Source of the DNA: Vezdaea acicularis
Taxonomy: Eukaryota
DNA length: 64,000 bases
Reading direction: 5' to 3'
Assembly: GCA_026025075.1 (NCBI GenBank)
Contig: JAPEUI010000074.1
Location: forward strand, 1 to 64,000
Shown: positions 24,304 to 36,383 of the stretch, piece by piece
Numbering within the stretch: position 1 is the stretch's first letter
Layout of the letters: each line of letters starts with the position of its first letter
Position numbers and translations under genes: made by a program
The notes under the pieces: model-generated
What the model saw: the letters and a program-made list of their open reading frames with translations, nothing else
The model's database searches: none
Told to the model about the DNA's origin: nothing

Positions 24304-25963
24304 ATGAACCTTTCTCTGATAGACCCTTTTGTGCTAGCCCAGGACTACCCGGACGCTCTAACTGGGGAACTGCGTAAGCGCTACTCTCGCAAGAAGCACA
24401 TGTTGGAGACGAATATAGTGAAGATTTGGCTGACCAACACCGTCTAAGATAGCGGGCATTCAACCTGTTTGCGTTTCAATCGCAAGGGAGACTTCCTTGC
24501 ATCAGGAAGGGTAATGCTCCACACAACCCGATATCGATGCCAGCATCCAAACGGCACATGTACTGACTGTTGCTTTGGTATAGGTTGATGGTACGATAGT
24601 AGTCTTCGACGTCGAGACGAATGGAGTCGCCCGTAAGCTCCGTGGGCACACGAGACAAATACAGTCTCTCAGCTGGTCACGGAACGGCCGATATCTGCTG
24701 AGCTCGTCTCAAGACTGGAAGTGCATACTGTGGGATCTACAAGATGGCTCTCGAATACGTGTTGTCCGATTCGAGGCCCCTGTGTACATTGCTGAAATGC
24801 ATCCTCACAACCAGTAAATGATGATTCTTCAGCTACCTTCTCAGTTTACCAAGCTGACCTAGTTGAGCTTCCTCTTCGTCGCTTCTCTGTTCGAAGACCA
24901 ACCTGCGCTCGTGGACATCTCCAACCCTGTTCCTGTGAAGAACATCCTCCCTTCTGCTCCGAAACGGCTTCTTGCGGAAGGTGAAGACGCTCTGAATGAA
25001 AAGCAGGCAGCACAGGACGCTAAGCAGTCCACCTGTGTCACAATCTTTAGTGCATCTGGCAACCACATTATATCCGGCACAAACAAGGGTTGGCTGAATA
25101 TCATAGAGACATCGAGCCAGCAGACGGCTTACTCTACAAGGTTATCCAATGGCATGATTGTATTTTTGAGACTTGCAGCTTCCGGGGAGGATATGGTAGT
25201 CAATTCAAGTGACAGGGTCATTCGAACACTCCACATGCCTAGCTTCGCGGATGAGAAGCTCAATGCTGAGAACATCAAAATCGAAGTCGAGCATAAATTT
25301 CAAGACGTCGTCAACCGCCTCTCCTGGAATCATGTCGCCTTCAGCTCGACAGGTGACTACGTTACGGCTACAACGTACAAGAATCATGACGTGTATCTAT
25401 GGGAGCGTAATCATGGATCTCTTGTCAAGATCCTTGAGGGGCCGAAGGAGGAGCTTGGTGTAATAGAGTGGCATCCTTCTCGTCCCTTGCTTGTCGCATG
25501 CGGGCTCGAATCTGGCCAGGTCTATGTTTGGTCAATCATCACCCCTCAGCGGTGGTCCGCGCTTGCACCAGATTTCGCCGAAGTGGAGGAGAACGTTGAG
25601 TATATCGAGCGCGAGGATGAGTTCGATATTCACCCCATAGAAGAGATCCACAAGCGGCGACTTGATCTCGAGGACGAAGATGTGGACGTGCTCACCATCG
25701 AGCCGGTCAAAGGTGAGGACGACTTCTCTGAGGTGGAGGGGGCGTTCAAGATGCCGGTGCTGCTCGACATTGTCGATAGTGAGAGCGAGGAGGAAATTGT
25801 TACGATAGGACCAGGTACGATGAGGAGGAAAAGTCCTGGGCAGGGGAGAGAATGGGCGGACACGGGAGCTAGCGGGGGAAGCGGCGATGAACGGAAGAAA
25901 TCAGGGGTTAATGGAGCTCCAAAGGGGCAAGGTAAGCCAAAGAGGAGGAAAGCGGAGACCTAG
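24304..25963 (+). CDS. SWD1: COMPASS/Set1C WD40 subunit Swd1 (RBBP5 homologue), 4 exons
   Basis: MNLSLIDPFVLAQDYP start, WD repeats, EHKFQDVVNRLSW, QRWSALAPDFAEVEENVEYIEREDEFD. Confidence 0.95.
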
Positions 25964-26878
25964 TGTGACCATCTATGCAACACCTTCGTCCATCCAAAGT
26001 CCCCGATTGGCTGCGATTTTTAAGCTACTTCGCGAGATCTGCGCGTAAGCCACCGGCAATACATATGTCAAAAGAAAGGGCTGAGATCTGCCCACTGCGT
26101 TCCTCCGCCCCTCCAGAAAGCTTCCCGGTTATCTTCATCTCCTGTTACAGGTCAGCCGCCACAAGGCAAGGCCTCCATGGCACAGCGCTCAAATGCCTTC
26201 ACTCTACTGTCATCATACGACAGGTGCCGAGGAAGCGATAGATCCGCCCCTCAATCACTCTCCTCTGATGACGACGATTGGTCGTTTTCCCCACTTGTCT
26301 AGAGCCTCACTGACGAGGACCCACACGCTCGGGAATGGCGTTGGTGCAGCCCATCGCGCGCACTATCGCCGGGCGTAGGCCACAGCCTCTTAGCGCGACG
26401 CTAGGCCGATCTGGGGCGGTGCTGACCCCCGAAACCCACAGGCCCCCCCGCGTATGTATCAGCAGCCTTGCGGGATAGACGCGCAACACCGCTGAGCCTG
26501 AAGAAGCTCAAAAACGGGGCGGACAACATCTACCCCGCTCCTCCACCAATGCAGGCGCGTGGAGTTCTCCCTTTGTTGGGCCCCTGGTTGCCCGACGTAA
26601 GCCACTCGTGCATGATGTTGCGACAAGCCGGGCTTACTACTGGGGGGTCGCCTCACGGTATAACTGTATAACATGCCCAAGGAAAGAATACCAGCTGATC
26701 TTTCTTCTTCTCACCATCGCTCCTCAAGACTCCGCAAACGTCCACTTTCTCCTGACAAGTCTGCTCACTTGCTCCTTCCGGCGTTTCCCTCACTCTCGCC
26801 GCCGATCCGGTATCTCCTAGCTCTCTCTTATCCGTCAGGTACCGCAAAGCACCTTCCGCGCATTCAGAGCAAGCCGCC

Positions 26879-27583
26879 ATGTGCCTACCATACCTCTCTA
26901 TCAAAGCCAAAGACGACCGCCGCGTCATCAAGCGGCCCGCGCGCTACCCCGACGAGCCCGACTACAAGCGCCTCTACACCGTGAAAGAGAAGCGCGCCCG
27001 CTCCTTCGACTCCTTCTCCAGCGGCTCCTCGCGCAACCGCGGCTACTACCTCGACGCCCCTCCCATGATGGTCCCGGACATGCGCGCCCTCCCTCCGCCG
27101 CCAGGCATGATGGGTGGGCCACACCCGCAGATGCCCATGAACGCCAACATGATGCCCCCCCCACAATTCATGCCGCAGGCCCAGCCCTTCGAGCCCGTGC
27201 CCTATCACGGGTCGGGTCACGTCTACGACGAAGACGACGACGACGACGACGACTCCTCCATCATCAACGTCGATCCGCGCTTCCACGGAAACTTCCCGCC
27301 CCAGCACCGCCAGCACCAGCAGCAATTCCTCCCCGAGCAGATGGGCCCGAGAGCCGGCTTGCCCCCGGGTATGGGCCAGCCGCGATTTCAGAATAGGCAG
27401 CCCATGGTCGGCGCACAGAGCCAGATACCCATGAATATAAACCGGCAGGGCATGGGCGACCCCGGCATGTTTCATGGGGGAGGACAGCGGTTTGGGGGGC
27501 CGCAGAGCAGGCAGATGGGAGGAGGCCCACAAGTCTTTGGTGGAGGCCCGCCGGAGTTTCAGCATATGGGCGGGCCGCGTTAG
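26879..27583 (+). CDS. Hypothetical protein with basic N-terminus and Pro/Met/Gln/Gly-rich low-complexity C-terminus
   Basis: 234-aa ORF with GCCGCCATG start context and strong C-ending codon bias, followed by a T-rich 3' region. Confidence 0.72.
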   Translation: MCLPYLSIKAKDDRRVIKRPARYPDEPDYKRLYTVKEKRARSFDSFSSGSSRNRGYYLDAPPMMVPDMRALPPPPGMMGGPHPQMPMNANMMPPPQFMPQAQPFEPVPYHGSGHVYDEDDDDDDDSSIINVDPRFHGNFPPQHRQHQQQFLPEQMGPRAGLPPGMGQPRFQNRQPMVGAQSQIPMNINRQGMGDPGMFHGGGQRFGGPQSRQMGGGPQVFGGGPPEFQHMGGPR

Positions 27584-28185
27584 GCGCGATTTCCTTTCCT
27601 TTCTTTCTTTCTTTCTTTCTATCCGTCATGTTTCTGAGGGGGCGGGGTCTTTGTTATGGTTTGGGAGGCTTGGCGTTTAAGCGTTTGTGGGATGGGTTTA
27701 TGGATATGACCGTTATGTGAGAAACTATAACGTCGTGACGCTGTGACGCACACAGGACATCTGATACGGTTTTCCAATCAGCCGAATCAGTCTTTGTATA
27801 TTCAATCATGTCTTGTTCGTTTGAGGGATCAATTTCCATGGATTTACAAGCAGTCGAATAGACAGAGAGTCTGAACGCGCCGCCACCAGCACCCCTAACG
27901 CCCCCTTCCCCTTCCCCTTCCCCAAACGTCTCCCAAGCCACTTACTCGCAACGGCATGGTCCACTGCAGCGGCCGCATCAGCACCAAGCGTGAGACCAAG
28001 CTAAAAAAAGAAATGGAAGACTGGTGGGGGAGACCAGATGGAAACGTCTCCATTTCCCCACAGTGCACGGCCCCGCCACATCCCAAACCAATTCACCATG
28101 CGCTCTATTCTGTAAAGTAGCGACAGGGGGAGGGTATATAGTCATGCAAAGAAAAAAAGCAGTCAAGTAAACCACAAAATCCCCT

Positions 28186-29125
28186 TTAACGCTCAGCCAT
28201 ATCCGCGGCCTCGACTTCCGCGGGGCGGGCGGTGTGCGAAGGCACCCACTTGCCAGGGTGATACGCGTTGAAGATGAACACGGCGATGACGATGGGAGTG
28301 AACTCCAGAGCACCAAAGAAGGACTCATGGGTTCTCAGGCGGCCCTGAACGCCCTGGCTGGTCTCGGCGAGACGAAAGCACGTGCGGAGGTAGACCAAGA
28401 GCGTCGCGGCCCCGAACGCGAGCGTGGACCGTAGCATGCGGCCTCTAAGGGTCATCTTCCGGCTGCGGTAGAGGAAGACGCCGAGGAGGAGGATGTAGAC
28501 GAGGAAGGAGAAGACTTGGAAGGCGAGGCCGGCGAGGAGGATGTTGTTTGGGGTGGTGGGGGAGGTGCGATTGCTCTCTGCGGAGCCGATGAGAGCGCTC
28601 CCGGCGACTTGGATGATGGTCGCGATGACGTCGCTGGCGATGAAGAGCCAGAGGATGGCTTTGGGCGGGAGCGGGCTGTATTGCCTGCCGAGCGCGTTGA
28701 TGAGGACGGAGAGGATGGTGTAGATGGCGGCGGAGAAGAAGACGGGCGCGATGACGATGAAGAAGTATTCGACGACAAAGTAGATGATGTTGTATGGGTC
28801 TTTCTTCGTGCTCAGGAGGCGGAAGATGTACCCGATCACCTCCATGAGCGCGCCCACCGTCAATGGCGTGAAGTACCAGGTCCGGTAGCGGAAGAGCTGG
28901 TAGGAATGAAGTATGGTCGAGATGCTGAAGAGGACTACGCCGAGAACACCAAGTGCTAGGGAGGGCGTGTAGCTAAGGGGGGGGGGGGTTCTCAGCATGC
29001 GCGCATTGTAGAAAGGGGCAAAGTGAGGGTACTTACCCATAGATGACGATAGGCGCATCATTGGACCCATTGGGGTTGGGGAAGTTTGGATCCACGTAGC
29101 CATCGAGGGGGCGGGTATCGCGCAT
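28186..29125 (-). CDS. RTA1-family multi-pass membrane protein (lipid-translocating exporter-like); exons 29125-29037 and 28972-28186
   Basis: Spliced N-terminus MRDTRPLDGYVDPNFPNP..DAPIVIYG/YTPSL. RTA1 motifs EVIGYIFR, IAPVFFSAAIY, FIASDVIATIIQVAG, RTCFRLAE, HPG. Confidence 0.9.
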
Positions 29126-30040
29126 TTTGGCAAAGATCGAGGAAGACTTCTATAAGCCGTAGGAGGCGCAATTGAGTCTTCTGAGAGGCCAATGGCTGAG
29201 ATACTGTATGAAAGGGGGTCAATTCAGCTGAGAGAATCGCGCTGATTCTCAAGGCAGGGAGAAAACTGAAGCCCGTTTGAGAGCTCAAAACGGACGTGAA
29301 GTGAATATATAGCAACTCGAAGTCTGCAACGAAAACAGTCAAGGTCCCTTTGCTACGGACTCAAAAGCGCATATGGAAGCGATCGACTTCCCATATAGCC
29401 GGACACACAATCTTCAATGTCCCCAAACACGAATCCCAGGAGACGTAATCATGCTCCATGGTATTAATTCCCGACAAGGGCCGCGGCATTGGCTGCTCGA
29501 GCGGCTCGGGCATTGTTTGCAAAACAGGACCCTGTCTGCCAAGAGCCGCGTCGCCGTTAAGCTTCTGTCTACGCATCATAGATCGGGGGAATCGCTACTT
29601 CCGACGAGCGACCAGCTCGGCTACAAGAGTTTCCGAACTCGGAAAAAGCTTCAGCCGACGCGCGGGAGTGCGCGCCAATGAGCGTTGGAGAATCAAGGGG
29701 GAAGCTTTGGGGTTCCACGGTTATTTTTCTGGAAGGGCGATTCGACGCGGAGGCTTATCACAATGTGGTTTCTGGTATCGGACATTTGGCATGCTCGATG
29801 TGGCAAAGATGTGATAGAGCTATATTCAATGATGCCAGGCTATGTAGCCAATGCGCCTGCTAATGATGCTAACGATGCTGAAGATTGCGTACGCCATATG
29901 CAAGGGATTGCGAGCGCCGTTCAAGGCCCATGTCCTCTAATGATTACCACCCACGATAACAATGCCAACGTAGCAACCGTCTAGTTTAGAGATTAGAGAA
30001 GCGAAGGAAGATTGAGAAGGAGCGAGGAGGTGCAGGAGCT

Positions 30041-30855
30041 CTAGTCAACCCATCTTTGCTGGTCTTTGTCCCATCCGATAACTTTAAGGTCGACGTTCAT
30101 CGGCTTGAACATCATCTCCATGGTGAAAGCCTTCGCAATTGCGTTAGTACCGTAACATGTTCATCCTGTAGGCGTAGGAGTAGAAGCGAACTCACATCAT
30201 CCTCCCCGGCCTCGTATTCTGCTTCCTCCTCTCTCACAGCCTCAGGATCAACATCATACTCAGCATACAAATCCCTCTTATCGAGCCCACTCCCCTCTCC
30301 TTCGTCGTCAGCCCTCTTCTCCGGCTCATCAAACCCGCCATTTCCCCAATCCCTCTTCTTCTTCTGCATATCCATCCATACCCTGGGCCCACCCATCCTA
30401 TTGACCCGATCCCTCACCACCCCGAACATCTCTTCCGCCGCGGCTCTGCTCGCCTCCGTCCATTTCGCCACCAGCCCCTCCAGTTCTTCCATCTTTCCGT
30501 CCCGCTCGATCTTCCGCGCCTGCTCCATCATCTCTACCTCCGCACGTAACTCGTACAACTCCCGCTCCACTTTCCGCACCTCCGCCGCGCAGGCCGCTAA
30601 GACCGGGTCGGCAGCGACTCCGGGCCTAGGTGAGAAGGCCGGCCTAGAGACGTGGCGAAGGGGCGTGTTGGTGAGTCTTGATGGGGGCGAGGCGGGGAGA
30701 GCGGGGGTCTTTGAGATGGGTGTTGCTAGGGGGTTCGAGACGGGGTTGGACGGAGAATTGCCCGAGAGGTTGGGTTTGACGGTGCGGAGCGGAGATTGAA
30801 AGGGTTTGAGAAGGACATTGTCAATCCGACGGCGTTTGGCAGCTGGCGTAGACAT
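30041..30855 (-). CDS. SFR1: Sfr1/Mei5-like recombination accessory protein; one intron near the 3' end
   Basis: KPFQSPL motif, coiled coil, LEGLVAKWTEASRAAAEEMF, last exon FTMEMMFKPMNVDLKVIGWD...WVD*. Confidence 0.8.
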
Positions 30856-31259
30856 TTCCGGCCGGTGTTGAAGCTTCAGGTCAGCACATGTGGGGTGAAT
30901 GTGGTTGTACGTTCCAGGAGAAGTGTAACGGTGGGTCTAAGGGAAATGGGGGAGAGGGACACTTGGCAGCTTAGTCAAAAAAAATCTCTTTCACATCACA
31001 TCATTTTAGAAAATTCTGTGCCGAAAAAGCCATATTGAAGAGCTAATTTCCATCGGATTGATATTGACTGCGGAGCTAGAAAATGGGGTGATGTTGAGTC
31101 TTGCTCCGGTCTGCAATTAGAGTTGAATATTAGATATGGAATAAATGTACGGAACCACCGAGAGTGAAGACCGCCCACACATGCGTAGCACTTAAAGCTA
31201 TGCTTCCGACTACCTGACTCCGGTGCTATGCGTCATGTGTCCCGTACGCCGCCAAGCGT

Positions 31260-32531
31260 TCACAGCAGGAAAGTCCAGAAACTCGGATAGACGAATTCAT
31301 CTTCGAAGATCTTCCGGACCTGCTCCAGCACAAACTTCTCGACCTTTCCCAGATTCTTGAGAACCTGCTTCCCGTTCTCCTTCTGGCCAATCTCGCTCTC
31401 GACCTTGATCTCGTGCAACAGCCCCCCAAGCCCTTCCGCCGACTTTCTCTTCCGAGCCCCTTGTCCACCGGCTTGGTCGTCCTCACCACCGCCGTCAGCA
31501 TCCACCAGGGTCAACGCATCCTCGGGCGAGAGGAAGCAGAAATGAGCCCGCTTTCGTATGTATGCCAGGACGGCAACGCCGTCGAATGATAATCCGGTGA
31601 TGTTCAGTCGCAGTGGAATTCCCACGAAGCTGGGCATGGGATAGTCGAGAAGGATCTCGGCTGTCAATGAGAGCTTGACGTCTCCAGAGTAGCGTACGTG
31701 CGAGACAACCTGCATATCTTCTGGGCGTCGTTCACGAAAGCGTCGGGGGGAACCGGTGTGTTCCTCCTGGTGGGAGACCGTGGGATTGCCGTCGTGGCCC
31801 TCTCCTTGGCGAGAGTAGCCCGTAGCAGGACGGCTATTCGAGCCGGTGGTTGATGCCGGTGACAGCGAGCTGGCCGATTCGGTGGACCGGTTCGTCGGTG
31901 CTTGAGACTCCTGCCCGTCCAGTTGGTCAGGCTGACTCCGTGGTGCTTGCGAGACGGCGAGTGCGGATAATGGGGTTTGTGCACCAGGGAGGCCGGTGGC
32001 GAGGGGGGAATGGAAGTAGCTCAGGCTGGGCGGTCCGCCGGTTATGCTAGGCGTCGAGGCTCTCATGAGAGGGCTTACGATCCCGTCCACGGCGGATAGC
32101 GTGCTCCGCAACCCCAGTCTCGTGTCGATGTAGGATGGTGGTCGAGAAAGGATGGGCTGACCAAACGCATTCATGGTGTTCTGCGTCTTGGCCTTTGGCT
32201 CTACCTCCGGCCCGCCGCCCAGTATTCGCCCCTCGAGACTATCCTGGCCTCGGGCAGTGGTTGTGTCGTCCTCCTCCTCTTCTCCTTCATCTTCGTCCTC
32301 CTCCGTTGCTCCGTCATCTTCGTAGAAATCCGGGAGAGGGTCGCAGATGTCTTTGAGCTCCACCTCCGGGGCCGCATCGCCGAACTCAAACGCATGGACC
32401 TGGACCGAGCGGATGAATCGCGGCAGGGCAATCTGCTGGAACTTGTTGTCGATGAAGTCGCGAACGGTCTCCGCCAACGCCGCCCCGTCGGGTCCGCGCG
32501 TGAGCTTCTCCCAGTCAATGTCGATCGACAT
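31260..32531 (-). CDS. MDM12: ERMES complex subunit Mdm12 (SMP domain)
   Basis: [10 protein letters not shown] start, [60 protein letters not shown]. Confidence 0.96.
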   Translation of the reverse strand: MSIDIDWEKLTRGPDGAALAETVRDFIDNKFQQIALPRFIRSVQVHAFEFGDAAPEVELKDICDPLPDFYEDDGATEEDEDEGEEEEDDTTTARGQDSLEGRILGGGPEVEPKAKTQNTMNAFGQPILSRPPSYIDTRLGLRSTLSAVDGIVSPLMRASTPSITGGPPSLSYFHSPLATGLPGAQTPLSALAVSQAPRSQPDQLDGQESQAPTNRSTESASSLSPASTTGSNSRPATGYSRQGEGHDGNPTVSHQEEHTGSPRRFRERRPEDMQVVSHVRYSGDVKLSLTAEILLDYPMPSFVGIPLRLNITGLSFDGVAVLAYIRKRAHFCFLSPEDALTLVDADGGGEDDQAGGQGARKRKSAEGLGGLLHEIKVESEIGQKENGKQVLKNLGKVEKFVLEQVRKIFEDEFVYPSFWTFLL

Positions 32532-32659
32532 GGGGCTGTTGCTTGCCGACGACGATGATCGTGGTCGAGGTCGAGAGCGGTCGAGAGGGTTCGTCAAAGC
32601 GAGTGACGAGGAGTGAAAGGGTCAACAACGGTCACAAAACTGCTTGACCGTCACCCACG

Positions 32660-32818
32660 TTAATCCGTCCCGCACCCGTCGCAGACGTCGGCATGGTTGA
32701 TGAACATCTCCTTCTTGACGCCGCACTGTCCCGTATGAGAGCCGCGTGAGGTCGCGCAGGGAGCCTTCTCGACCTTCACATGACCGCAGCCGTAGTGGTG
32801 GACGATGCTGGTGCACAT
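32660..32818 (-). CDS. Putative 52-aa Cys/His-rich microprotein (MCTSIVHHYGCGHVKVEKAPCATSRGSHTGQCGVKKEMFINHADVCDGCGTD)
   Basis: Hand-translated ORF below the 60-aa track cutoff. Pattern MC-x6-Y-x-CGH-x7-C-x10-C-x13-CxxC, purine at -3, GC3-rich codons, upstream CT-rich tract and AATAAAA/TATA-like element. Confidence 0.7.
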   Translation of the reverse strand: MCTSIVHHYGCGHVKVEKAPCATSRGSHTGQCGVKKEMFINHADVCDGCGTD

Positions 32819-35800
32819 CCTCACCGTCGCCGCGGACGGGTTAGCGAGCGACGACTTTCTTCTTGCCGACTTCGGGCGAGCTTGTTGGCGGGAGCGTGGG
32901 GTCGCTTGCTGCTGTGCGGCCTCTCATGCGCTTTCCCCAGTCGAACAGTCAAGCGAGGGCGATCCGCCACGAGCTATCGCTACCCAATTGGCGTGCTTTC
33001 ACGCGCTGCTTCCTCGGGCCAGAGGACGGTGAAGGGTGAGCGAGGCGGAAAGGGAGAGGAGGAGAGTGAGCACGGGCGGAAGGGGAGAAGGGAGAAGGAA
33101 GAAGGTATTGTTATGGCCGCGCGGTCAGCTCTTTGCTTGCTGCGAGAAGGGCGATGGAGGGGAGTTGGTTGGAAGGGTTCCGGGGGGAGCTTTTATTCAG
33201 CTGGCGGCGACGGCGGCGCGGGGGGGGAAAGGGTGAGGGGGGGTCCCGTTGGAGGCGGACATGGGCATGACGGAACCGGGGGGAGGGGGGACGGCGGACG
33301 GGGGGGCCGACGAGGACGAAGATTGCGGAGGGATGGAAGAGGCAGGTTGATCAAAAAAACATTATATTGCTGCAGCGGCGGGAGCTGATTGGGCTGGCCG
33401 CGATGCGCGCGAGAGCACGAAAGCGCATGTCTCTCGACCAACCTGGACATCCTCGACATCCTGGACCTCCTCGACGGCTGCGACGATGCGGCCTGCTCGT
33501 CGGCCTGCTTCATCGCCAGCAGCTTGTGCGCCGCCCACTCGTCCAATCCGTTAGGGCCGAGCAGGAGGCCAGAGGCAGCTGCTCGGTCAGAAAATAAAGG
33601 TGGAGTCCACAACGTCGCGCCGGCGTGCGCGCGCCGGGGGGCGATGCAGCTAAGAGCGCCCGGGGGCAGCATACGCTTCCATACGCGGGAGAAGATCTCG
33701 CGCTCGTCGTGGAAGGGGGAGGGAAGGGGGTGCGAAGGCGAAGGAGGTGTGGATGCTGCTGCAACTGCTACTGCTGCTTTGCTCAAACGCTGCTGCTGCA
33801 CGGCCGGCACTTGCAGTTCGTCCATTCGATACGGTAGCGCCCGGCGGCCCTCGCTGCCCGCTGGCCGTGATTGACTGACTAAGAACAGCTTCGATTGCAT
33901 GGTCGCCTGCGCGCGGCGGAGGCGTGAGGAGCTTTTCGAGGATGGCCCCCCCCAAAGCAGCTGCCGGCGGTCGAGCAGCCCACGCACGCTCGACGGGCGC
34001 GGATGATATCGCGGCAAAAAGCAATTCGCGGGAGGAAAGTCCCGAGAGGGAGGCGGCCCCGTCGTCCGCCCGTCAGATGGCTGTGGTGGGCGACGGTGCG
34101 GCGCGCAGGTGCCGGCGTGCGCTGCAAACAGACAACATCCAGTATAGCTCGACGAAGGCGACATGCAAATCACACGCAGTCGGCGCCGTCGATCACATCC
34201 ACTACAGTAGCGGGACACGCCGTCGAAAAGGATGGACGCTTGCCCGCTCGACCGCCGGTGGAAAGTCAAAAGTGAGGTAGGAGAGCAGAACACGTCGAGT
34301 CGCGAAGATGATGCTGTCGGCGGAGGAAGCAAGCAAGCAAGCAGGCAACGCAGGCCGGCCGGCAGAGGACGTTCATTCCTCTCCCCGACGGGCTGACGGA
34401 AACATACACCGCCGGCAAGGGGTAGGAGGGACGAAGCCGATTTGCTGTGGCTGCCAGGTCTCGACCGCAATCCACTGCGTTGTCCATCATCCATCATGCC
34501 CATCTGATATCTTTGCCCGCTGTTGGAACCCCCAGGGCACGAACCCCTTCCCTCGAACACCCCTCTCTCCCCCCCAGTCGTTAAGGGATCGCCTCGGCGT
34601 CATGGGGGTCCCGGACTGCGACAGGATCCAGGTCCAGGACCGGGTCAGACGGTCGATCAGAAGACAAATGATCGCCTTTGCGCCTGCGTGCAGCCGATCA
34701 AGCGACCGCGGTGGATGGTGGATGGCTGCTGCATCGATATGATCGATCTGATCGGTCGAGAGGCCATGCGAGGGCGGTGAGTCGCCAACCGTCGGCGGGC
34801 GATGCCGATGTGACCAGAGGCAAAGGATGAGAGGATGGAGGGGGGATGAGGTTTGAGAGAGTGTGTGAGAGAGAGATGGCGACTTGATGGTTCGCATGGC
34901 CCGCGCGGACTACCGACCGCGCTCGAGTCTGGACGGGATACCATGGTCGAGCATGAAGGGAGGTCGATGCCCTCGGCCCCGTCACCGTCCCCGAACGTTG
35001 AACTTTGTTTTCCGCACCAACACCTCTCCGGCGACGGATCGACAGGCTGTCAACGAGAGCGCGGAAGCACGAGAGGGGGCGCCAGACGACCGAGGGCGAC
35101 GCTGGCAAACACGGGACCGGCCCGGACGGTCTCTGGTCTATGCTGCGACGGGCCACGGATGGAACCAACATCGAATCGCGTGCACGGCGGGGAGATGAAA
35201 GAATGATGAAGTGGCCGAACACGAAGAAGTGCAGCGGGAGGAGAAGGTCAAGGACGGGGACGGGGATGGGGATGGGGGGGATGGGGGGGATGGCGCAGCT
35301 GCCATTTATGCGGCGGAGGACGTTTGCGTTCCTGCCTTCTGCGTGAGTGCGGATTTGCCGTTCAAAACGGCAGGAGCAGAGGACATGGGGAAAGTCCACA
35401 TCAAGTCACGAGGCATAGGGCATCAGTCGCCGGTCACCAGTCACGCCATATCGACTCTGCAGCTCCTTCTTCTTCATCTTCTCTCCGGCCTCTCCTTCTC
35501 CTCTTTCTCTCCCTCTCCCTCTCTCTCCACCACCCTCTCCGTCCCACTTCCCCCCGGCCTTGCAACGTCCATGCTGATGAGACGCTCACAAGGTTCACCC
35601 ATCTGCCGTCGACCAGCATCGTCCAAGCACGGTCGACGCGCGAAGCCTCTAGCCGCGTCTGGTGCGCATCCTCCCCCTCCCCGCCGCCGGACGAACCCAC
35701 TTTCCCGCAGCAGCTGCCCGTCATCTGAGCGGATTGGGAAGGGGGGGGGAGGGAGGGAAGGAGGGGCTAGGGCGTCAAACGGCCACTGAGAGCACGGCTG

Positions 35801-36383
35801 CGGCTTTGCTGCCAGCCTTCCGCGCGCCGCACCATTCGCGGCCAGCTCGTCGCCGCGGGGCCAATGGCTTAGCGCCATTACGCGCCGGCCCCCTCCTCTG
35901 CTCCCATCGTCGAGTCCACCGACACGCCGATGCAACCCCATCTGATCGTGCCCGCCGCCTCCCCTTCGCGGCATCCCGAACCCTCGCCGCGCAAGCGTGC
36001 ATGCAATCGGACGAACGAGGGGAGACCTCCGACGGTTGGCCCGTCGAATCGGAGAGAACCCTCGCTTTTTTTTCTCATTCATGCTACCTGCATACCTACA
36101 TACCTACATACACCGATGAAGTGCGGACACAAAAAAAACTCCTACCCCGTCCGTAAGCTTCCTAGGCCGCGCCTCGTCTCTTGAGCCTCCGCCAGGCATA
36201 AACCCCGGAACATCCGTCTGACCATGAAGGGGGGTAAACGCGGAAGATGAGAGCGGTGGATGAGGTGGTAAAGGCGAGTAAAGCGTATCATTTGGCTAAG
36301 TGGAGGGACCGTGACCGATGGATGGTGTTCAGATGTCTCGCCAAGCAGTTGTCGTGGGGTCAGCCTCTGATATCTGATCACCC

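Noticed and set aside
33193..34560. 455-aa minus-strand ORF and neighbouring ORFs up to 36200
   Set aside because: Arg/Pro/Ser/Ala-rich translations typical of GC-rich non-coding DNA, with no consistent codon bias or domain.
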